Of a stretch of 64,000 nucleotides of DNA, positions 10,682-16,677 are shown piece by piece. Under the pieces are notes generated by a model that was given only the letters and a program-made list of their open reading frames with translations, was not told where the DNA came from and searched no databases. The position numbers and the translations under genes were made by a program. The stretch's first letter is position 1. Each line of letters opens with the position of its first letter. Source of the stretch: Gemmatimonadales bacterium (GTDB lineage: Bacteria > Gemmatimonadota > Gemmatimonadetes > Gemmatimonadales > GWC2-71-9); assembly GCA_037916975.1 (NCBI GenBank), contig JBAIWX010000030.1, forward strand, positions 1,330 through 65,329. Reading direction: 5' to 3'.

Positions 10682-13016
10682 CCTGCGCGTCGAGCCGTCC
10701 TTCGAGCCCCGCCGCCCGGCCCTCGCGGCCGTCGGCGTCTTCGTGGCGACGATGCTGCTCCTCTTCTGGCCGATGCTCGGCGGCCAGTTCCTCGTGGGGC
10801 CGCTGAGCGACCAGTACGGCGCCGGCTACGCCTTCCGCTGGTACGGGGCCACCTACTTCCGGGAGCACGGCGCGATCCCGCTCTGGAACCCGTACCTCTT
10901 CGGCGGCATGCCGTTCGTCGCCGCCATGCACGGCGACATCTTCTACCCGACCGCCTGGCTCCGCTGGATCCTCCCGGTGGACACGGCGATGAACCTCGCC
11001 TTCGCGCTGCACCTCGTGCTCGCCGGGGTGGCGCTCTACGCCTTCCTCCGGGCGCTCAGGCTTTCCTGGACCGCCGCGACCGTCGGCGGCCTCGGCTACG
11101 AGCTCACTGGCATCCTCGCCTCGCTGGTGAGTCCCGGGCACGACGGCAAGCTCTTCGTCTCGGCGCTCGCGCCGCTCATGTTCCTCGCGCTGCTCCGTGC
11201 GGTGCGGCGGCAGGAGGCGTGGGGCTACGGCGTGGCGGCGCTGGTGACCGGCCTCGCGCTCCTGAGCCCGCACTACCAGATGACGTACTACCTGCTGGTC
11301 GCGGCGGGACTGTGGACGCTCTGGCTCGCCTTCCTCGACCCGGAGCGCCCGGCCGGGCTCCGCTGGCCGGTGCCACTCGCCCTCGCGCTCGCCGCCGTAC
11401 TGCTCGGCGTGGTCCTCTCGGCGGTGCAGGCGGTGCCGTTCCTGCGCTACCTCCCGTACGCCGCGCGCGGCAGCAACCAGGGGTGGGAGTACGCGACGAG
11501 CTTCGCGCTGCCGGTGGAGGAACTCGTCACGACCGTCCTGCCGCAGTTCAACGGCGTGCGGATGGCCTACTGGGGCCAGAACTTCTTCAAGCTCCACAGC
11601 GAGTACCTGGGCGCCGCGGTCCTCCTCCTCGCCGTGCTCGGCGCGGGTGACCGGACCCGCGGCCGGCTGCGCTGGGCGCTGCTCGGCATCGGCGGCCTCT
11701 TCCTCCTCGTCGCGTTCGGCGGCCACACCCCGTTCTACCGCCTCTGGTACGAGGTGATGCCGATGATGAAGAAGGTCCGTGCCCCCGGCATGGCCTTCTT
11801 CCTCCCGGCGATGGTCACCTGCGCCTTCGCGGGCTTCGGCGTCGAGCGCCTGCTCGAGGGGCGGGCCACGACGCGCGCGGTGCTCGTCACCGGCGGCATC
11901 CTCGCCGCGATCGGCCTGCTGGGCGCCGTCGGCGGGCTGCAGCCGGTGGCCGAGGGCCTCGCGCGGCCCGAGCTCATCGAGCGCGCGGTCGCCAACGCGG
12001 GCGAGCTCCGGACCGGGGGCCTCCGGCTCCTCGTGGCCGCGCTCGCCGCCCTCGGCGCCTGCTGGGCGATCGCGCAGGGCCGGCTCCGTGGCGGGCTCGC
12101 CGCGGCGGCACTGCTCGCGGTCACCGCGCTCGACCTCTGGAGCGTGGATCGCCTCTTCTTCACGTGGAGCGCGCCCGCCACGAAGCTCTATGCGGAAGAT
12201 GCCCTCACGCAGAAGCTCAAGGCGGGGAAGGAACCGGCGCGCGTCATGGACATCTTCCAGCAGCCGGTCTACGAGCACTCGATCCTGATGGGCTACCGGA
12301 TCCCGCAGGTCTTCGGCTACCACGGCAACGAGGTGCGCTACTTCGACGACGTCTGGGGCGGGAAGAACGTGTACCGCAACGTGGCGCAGCTGCACCTCTG
12401 GGACCTGTACGCGGTGCAGTACCTGCTGCTGCACCAGGCGCAGCCGGTGCCGGGCTACCACCAGGTGGCGGGCCCGGCGCCGACGGCGCAGGGCGGCGAG
12501 GGCGTGCTCCTCGAGCGGGACAGCGCGGCGCGCTACGTCCGCGTGCTGGGCGCCGCGGCGAAGCTGCCGGACTCGGTGCTGGCCGCCACCGTCGCGGATC
12601 CGCGCTTTCCCCTCGACGCGGTGCTCGTGCTGCCGGACACCTCGTCGGCCACGGTGGCGCCGCTGCCGCAGGGCCAGCTCCCGCCGCCGCCGCCGGTCAC
12701 CGCATCGCTCGCGGCGTGGGAGCCGGGCCGGATGACGGTGGCGCTCACCGGCCAGGCGGCCGCGCCGACGTGGCTCCTCGTCAGCGAGACCTGGGCTCCC
12801 GGGTGGCGCGCCGAGGTGGACGGGGCGCCCGCGCCGGTGCGGCGCGGCGACGCGGCGCTCGTCGCGGTCGAGCTCCCGCCGGGGGCGAAGGAGGTGCGGC
12901 TCCGGTACGAGGAGCCGGCCTACGAGCAGGGGAAGCTCGTCTCGCTCGCGGCGCTGCTCGCCTGCGGCGCGTGGATCGGCGTGCCGCTCGCGCGGCGGAG
13001 GCGATCGGATGGCTGA
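10662..13016 (+). CDS. YfhO-like large polytopic membrane protein (putative GT-C glycosyltransferase)
   Basis: 784 aa. N-terminal motif HGAIPLWNPYLFGGMPFVAAMHGDIFYP is typical of the YfhO family. Many TM helices followed by a C-terminal soluble domain. Confidence 0.6.
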   Translation: MRVPPSDLRVEPSFEPRRPALAAVGVFVATMLLLFWPMLGGQFLVGPLSDQYGAGYAFRWYGATYFREHGAIPLWNPYLFGGMPFVAAMHGDIFYPTAWLRWILPVDTAMNLAFALHLVLAGVALYAFLRALRLSWTAATVGGLGYELTGILASLVSPGHDGKLFVSALAPLMFLALLRAVRRQEAWGYGVAALVTGLALLSPHYQMTYYLLVAAGLWTLWLAFLDPERPAGLRWPVPLALALAAVLLGVVLSAVQAVPFLRYLPYAARGSNQGWEYATSFALPVEELVTTVLPQFNGVRMAYWGQNFFKLHSEYLGAAVLLLAVLGAGDRTRGRLRWALLGIGGLFLLVAFGGHTPFYRLWYEVMPMMKKVRAPGMAFFLPAMVTCAFAGFGVERLLEGRATTRAVLVTGGILAAIGLLGAVGGLQPVAEGLARPELIERAVANAGELRTGGLRLLVAALAALGACWAIAQGRLRGGLAAAALLAVTALDLWSVDRLFFTWSAPATKLYAEDALTQKLKAGKEPARVMDIFQQPVYEHSILMGYRIPQVFGYHGNEVRYFDDVWGGKNVYRNVAQLHLWDLYAVQYLLLHQAQPVPGYHQVAGPAPTAQGGEGVLLERDSAARYVRVLGAAAKLPDSVLAATVADPRFPLDAVLVLPDTSSATVAPLPQGQLPPPPPVTASLAAWEPGRMTVALTGQAAAPTWLLVSETWAPGWRAEVDGAPAPVRRGDAALVAVELPPGAKEVRLRYEEPAYEQGKLVSLAALLACGAWIGVPLARRRRSDG

Positions 13017-13728
13017 GCGGGCGCTCGTCATCATCCCGACCTACAACGAGCGGGTGAACCTGCCGCTCATCGTGCCGCAGGTCCTCGTGCAGGACCCGCG
13101 GCTCGAGGTGCTGGTCGTGGACGACAACAGCCCGGACGGGACCGGGCGTCTCGCGGACGAGCTCGCGTCGGCCGACATGCGCGTCCACGTCCTCCACCGG
13201 CAGGCCAAGGAGGGGCTCGGCCGCGCCTACCTCGCGGGCTTCGCCTGGGCGGTCGCCGAGGGGTACGACTACATCCTCGAGATGGACGCCGACTTCTCGC
13301 ACGACCCGAAGTACCTCCCCGCGCTCCTCGCGGCGGCGCAGGACGCCGACCTCGTCCTCGGCTCGCGCTACAAGACCGGCGTGAACGTCATCAACTGGCC
13401 GATGTCCCGGCTCCTGCTCTCGTACGGCGCCAACCTGTACGCGCGCTGGGTCACGGGGCTGCCGCTGACCGACTCCACCGGCGGCTTCAAGTGCTTCCGC
13501 CGCCGCGTGCTCGAGGCGATCGACCTCGGCCGGGTCAAGTCCAACGGCTACGCCTTCCAGATCGAGATGAGCTTCCGCGCCTGGCGGAAGGGCTTCCGGA
13601 TCGCGGAGGTGCCGATCGTCTTCACCGACCGGGTGGAGGGGTCGAGCAAGATGAGCAAGCGCATCGTGCGCGAGGCGATCTGGATGGTCTGGTGGCTGCG
13701 GCTGCAGGCCGTGCTCGGGCGGGCCTGA
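13009..13728 (+). CDS. Polyprenol/dolichol-phosphate mannosyltransferase-like GT2 (soluble type)
   Basis: Motifs LVIIPTYNE, VVDDNSPDGT, LEMDADFSHDP and FKCFRR. Strongly Ppm1/DPM1-like. Confidence 0.85.
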   Translation: MAERALVIIPTYNERVNLPLIVPQVLVQDPRLEVLVVDDNSPDGTGRLADELASADMRVHVLHRQAKEGLGRAYLAGFAWAVAEGYDYILEMDADFSHDPKYLPALLAAAQDADLVLGSRYKTGVNVINWPMSRLLLSYGANLYARWVTGLPLTDSTGGFKCFRRRVLEAIDLGRVKSNGYAFQIEMSFRAWRKGFRIAEVPIVFTDRVEGSSKMSKRIVREAIWMVWWLRLQAVLGRA

Positions 13729-14549
13729 TGGCGCGGCGGTTCTACAAGATGACGGGGTCGGGGAACGACTTCGTCCTGCTCGATGGACGCGAGCACCGGC
13801 TGGCCGAGTGGCCCGCCGAGCGGATCGTCGCGGCCTGCGACCGCCGGAACGGGGTGGGCGCGGACGGGCTGGTGCTCCTCTCGCCGGCCGCCGAGGGGCA
13901 CGTCCGCTTCGACTTCTACAACGCGGACGGCTCCCGCGCCGCCATGTGCGGGAACGCGGCGCTCTGCAGCACCCGTCTCGCCGCGCGGCTGGGGCTGGCG
14001 CCGGCCGCGGGGATGACGCTCGAGACCGACGCCGGGCCCGTCCCGACCCGATGCGACGCCGCCGGCGAGGAGGCCGAGATCCGCTTCGCCTCGCTGGCGG
14101 TCCCGGTACCGGTGCCGGGCATTGCGCCGGTCGCGGGGGAACGCGCCATCGTGCTCGGCACGGTCGGCGTGCCGCACCTCGTCGTCCTCGTGGACGACGT
14201 GTCGTCGGTGGACGTGGCCGGCCGAGGCCGGGCGCTCCGGTTCCACCCGGCGCTGGGTGCCGCCGGCGCCAACGCCAACTTCATCAGCCCACCCGCCTCG
14301 ACCGACGCCCCCTGGCTCATCCGCACCTACGAACGGGGCGTGGAGGGGGAGACCCTCGCGTGCGGCACCGGCACCGTCGCCGCAGCCCTGTTCGTCGCCG
14401 CCTCTGGCCGGGGCGGCCTGCCGCTCCGGTTCCGGAGCTGGGGCGGCTTTCCGCTCACGGTCTCCGGCCGGCTGGAGGGTGACCGGGCGGACGATGTCTG
14501 GCTCCGGGGCCAGGGCCGGCTGGTCTTCTCGGGCGACCTCGCCGATTGA
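13728..14549 (+). CDS. dapF: Diaminopimelate epimerase
   Basis: Motifs KMTGSGNDFVLLD, MCGNAALC and ACGTGTVAAA (the two catalytic Cys motifs). TGATG junction with the preceding gene. Confidence 0.9.
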   Translation: MARRFYKMTGSGNDFVLLDGREHRLAEWPAERIVAACDRRNGVGADGLVLLSPAAEGHVRFDFYNADGSRAAMCGNAALCSTRLAARLGLAPAAGMTLETDAGPVPTRCDAAGEEAEIRFASLAVPVPVPGIAPVAGERAIVLGTVGVPHLVVLVDDVSSVDVAGRGRALRFHPALGAAGANANFISPPASTDAPWLIRTYERGVEGETLACGTGTVAAALFVAASGRGGLPLRFRSWGGFPLTVSGRLEGDRADDVWLRGQGRLVFSGDLAD

Positions 14550-14628
14550 CCCGGTCCCCGCTGCTCCGGGGGCCGTTCCCGGTCCGCGGGAACCTCCCGT
14601 CCCGGCCGGGGCTACCCCACATTCGAGC

Positions 14629-14970
14629 ATGCGCCACGCCCTTACCTCCGCTGAGATCCTCGTGGAAGCGCGCGCCCACCTCGCGACGCTCCGGTGGATG
14701 TGCGCCCTGACGCAGGCGGCCGGCGGCGGGCCGGAGGGGCGGGAGGCGGCGGCCCGCTGGCTCGAGCGCGTGGCCCGGCTCGAGCCCGCCGCGGACCCGA
14801 CCTGGACGGAGCGCTGGGTGCGCGGCGTGCTGGTCGAGGAAGGCTTTACCGGCGGCTGGCCCCGCTGGCGGAGCTATCAGGCGGACAGCGCCTGGCGCCC
14901 GGTGACGGTCGGGCCGCGAGGTCAGGGCGTCGCGACCGGGTCTCCTCAGCCCGTTCGGAGCGGTCGGTAG
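14629..14970 (+). CDS. Hypothetical Trp-rich protein (113 aa)
   Basis: ATG at 14629. G/C at nearly all third positions supports coding. It is the last ORF before the terminator at 15006. I recognise no family. Confidence 0.45.
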   Translation: MRHALTSAEILVEARAHLATLRWMCALTQAAGGGPEGREAAARWLERVARLEPAADPTWTERWVRGVLVEEGFTGGWPRWRSYQADSAWRPVTVGPRGQGVATGSPQPVRSGR

Positions 14971-15005
14971 CGGCGTGCTCGGAGCCCGGCAGGCAGTGGT
15001 GTGGC

Positions 15006-15043
15006 GGCGTCGGTTCCGGTAGGGGACCGGCGCCTTTTTCGTT
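15006..15043 (+). terminator. Rho-independent terminator closing the plus-strand array
   Basis: Arms GGCGTCGGTTC (15006-15016) and GGACCGGCGCC (15024-15034) form an 11-bp stem (two G-U pairs) with a 7-nt loop, immediately followed by TTTTTCGTT. Confidence 0.75.
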
Positions 15044-15190
15044 CCTCCAGCCGTCGGGGTGCTTTCGGGATGCTGCGCGCTCGGCGCGCCGACTGTCGCC
15101 ATGGAGCCGAGACGCTGTCACTGCGCGAGACCCAGGACGGGGATGCGCCAAGCCCAAGGATCGGCGGGGGATACAGGAGGCCTGGGGAAA

Positions 15191-15215
15191 TCCACGGTTC
15201 TCCACAGTTCTCCCC
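15191..15215. repeat. 10-bp tandem repeat, about 2.5 copies (TCCACGGTTC TCCACAGTTC TCCCC)
   Basis: Read directly from the sequence. It sits at the edge of the left AT-rich patch of the non-coding island. Confidence 0.6.
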
Positions 15216-15625
15216 AATACTACTTAACATAATACATCTTATACGAAGTTAGACTGGCGGTCGAAGGCGACTCCTGAGCGCCGATCATCGGCCAAGAGTC
15301 CCCCGATCTGCGAGCTCGTATCCCTGCGCCGTGGGTGTGCGGCCGGCGCTGCTCGACACGGTCCGCCGGGCAGCGCTCGCGGATGCCGTGGCTGCGCCTG
15401 AGTTCGGCCGCTACGGCTTCCCGTGAGGAGGCTGCTTCGCTCGCGCGGCCGCCGTGGTTCGGCTCATCCGCCCCTCGCGCGGGCTTCAGCGAGCCGGGAC
15501 TCGAGCGGTCCTGCACGGCCTCCAGGGTGCGGCCGGCTCCCGGTGAGCCGCCCTTCGGACCAGCTGCCACGCCATTGCGGGATCATGCGGTCTGCCGCAT
15601 CAGCATGTGGACCAATAGATCAGCA

Positions 15626-15655
15626 ATTACATGCAACTTGAGCGTGACGATCCAA
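15626..15655 (-). promoter_or_regulatory. Candidate sigma-70-like promoter pointing into the non-coding island (TTGGAT-18 nt-TGTAAT)
   Basis: On the minus strand the -35-like TTGGAT is at 15650-15655 and the -10-like TGTAAT at 15626-15631. It lies in an AT-rich patch. This is a weak motif-only call. Confidence 0.2.
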
Positions 15656-15770
15656 ATGTGATTGCAACAATGATTTTGCAGCGAATCGCTCACGGTGGAC
15701 CGAGTCGGCCAGACCGCGGACTTCGAATTCCGGATCGTGGCGTTTCCAAATCTGCCTCCGCTGATGGGCG

Positions 15771-15807
15771 GCAGAAACGACGAAGCGCCCGGCCATCGGC
15801 CGGGCGC
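15771..15807 (-). terminator. Probable intrinsic terminator of the minus-strand TPR gene
   Basis: Perfect 10-bp stem GCGCCCGGCC/GGCCGGGCGC (15785-15807). On the minus strand it is followed by TTCGTCGTTTCTGC. It lies 50 nt past the stop codon at 15858. Confidence 0.5.
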
Positions 15808-15857
15808 CCTGTCATCGAATCCCCGATACCCACCGCGATCGAGGTGGGCGTGCCCGG

Positions 15858-16523
15858 CTACATCTTGCCGCCGGTCAGCTCCGCGAGGCGGACCTTGGCC
15901 TCGGTGGACGACGGGGTCTTGTCGAACTTGCCCGTAATCTCGCGGTACGCCTGCTCCGCCAGGTCCCGCTTGCCGGCGACAGCGTAGGCCCGGGCCGCGC
16001 CGAGCAGGTACTCCGCCTTCAGGTAGTCCACCGTGGCGGCGTCCGAGGCGGCACGGTAGGCCTCGGCGGCCTCGGGATACTTCTTCGCGTTCTCGAGTGC
16101 GGCGCCCAGGAGCGCCTGCGCGGGAGCGACGAACTGGGGGTCGGGGCTCTTGGCGAGGAAGTCCCGCAGGCCCACGGCGGCCAGTTCCGCCTGGCCGTTG
16201 ATGATCCGCACCTGCATCAGGGAAATGGTCGCCTGCTGGGCGGCCGAGGTGCCGGCGTAGTTCTGGGCGATCTTCTGGAACTCGGTCGCCGCGAGCGGGA
16301 GGTTACCCTGCTCGGCGACCTGGCGGGCGTTGGTCAGGGCCCGCTCCGCGAACGCCGCCTTCCGCCGGCCGGACTCCACCAGGAACCAGACGGTACCCGC
16401 CACCACGACGACCGCGCCGACGGCGGCCAGGATGAGGGTCCGGCGCTTGTCCCCCGCGGTCGGTGCCGGGCCGGCGGCCGGGGCCGCGGGAGAGGTCGGG
16501 GTCGCTTCCATCGTCGTCGCCAT
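15858..16523 (-). CDS. Membrane-anchored TPR protein (YfgM-like architecture)
   Basis: Pro/Ala-rich N-terminus, one TM helix (LILAAVGAVVVVAGTVWFLV), then TPR-like helical repeats. Confidence 0.7.
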   Translation of the reverse strand: MATTMEATPTSPAAPAAGPAPTAGDKRRTLILAAVGAVVVVAGTVWFLVESGRRKAAFAERALTNARQVAEQGNLPLAATEFQKIAQNYAGTSAAQQATISLMQVRIINGQAELAAVGLRDFLAKSPDPQFVAPAQALLGAALENAKKYPEAAEAYRAASDAATVDYLKAEYLLGAARAYAVAGKRDLAEQAYREITGKFDKTPSSTEAKVRLAELTGGKM

Positions 16524-16583
16524 AGGGTTCCGGATCGGTCGGGTCGGGCCATGGACAAATAGCCCACAAACTTAGCCACCCGC

Positions 16584-16611
16584 CCGGACGCCGCCAAGCG
16601 GCGCCGTCCGG
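16584..16611 (-). terminator. GC-rich hairpin downstream of the 1084-aa ORF (possible terminator or processing site)
   Basis: CCGGACG-CCGC loop GCGG-(bulge)-CGTCCGG. On the minus strand only a weak T-run (AAGTTTGTG) follows. Confidence 0.3.
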
Positions 16612-16677
16612 CCGGTGTCACGGCTACCCTGGCGGGTCTTGCAACCACCCGGACGTGGCCCCGCCGGTCCGCCCCCC

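Noticed and set aside
15240-15251. TATACGAAGTTA, identical to 12 of 13 nt of a loxP arm, read as a possible functional lox-type recombination site.
   Set aside because: Only one arm is present. The expected inverted arm (ATAACTTCGTATA) is absent, the spacer match is interrupted by 2 nt, and no Cre-like recombinase is in the window. It is kept only as a curiosity inside the AT-rich patch finding.
15220-15570. 116-aa ORF on the minus strand inside the non-coding island.
   Set aside because: The translation (GPKGGSPGAGRT...RRSHGIRERCPADRVEQRRPHTHG) is low-complexity. The G/C third-position bias is only moderate and decays toward the 3' end. There is no Shine-Dalgarno sequence or recognisable family. 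It is not reported as a CDS.
15250-15600. Tested whether the GC-rich core of the island is RNase P RNA, SRP (4.5S) RNA or 6S RNA.
   Set aside because: I could not find GGAAAGTCCGGGC or ACAGAACCCGGCTTA (RNase P), or GGTCCGGAAGGAAGCAGCC (SRP), on either strand. CTGGTCCGAAGGGCGGC on the minus strand is only a loose resemblance. 6S RNA cannot be judged by eye. The region is left as an unassigned ncRNA candidate.
15700-15740. T-loop-like GGACTTCGAATTCCGG, with GGTCCACC on the opposite strand, which suggested a tmRNA or tRNA-like 3' end.
   Set aside because: The stem flanking TTCGAAT does not pair as a 5-bp T-stem. No acceptor stem partner exists. A 350-nt tmRNA ending here on the minus strand would have to overlap the TPR coding sequence.
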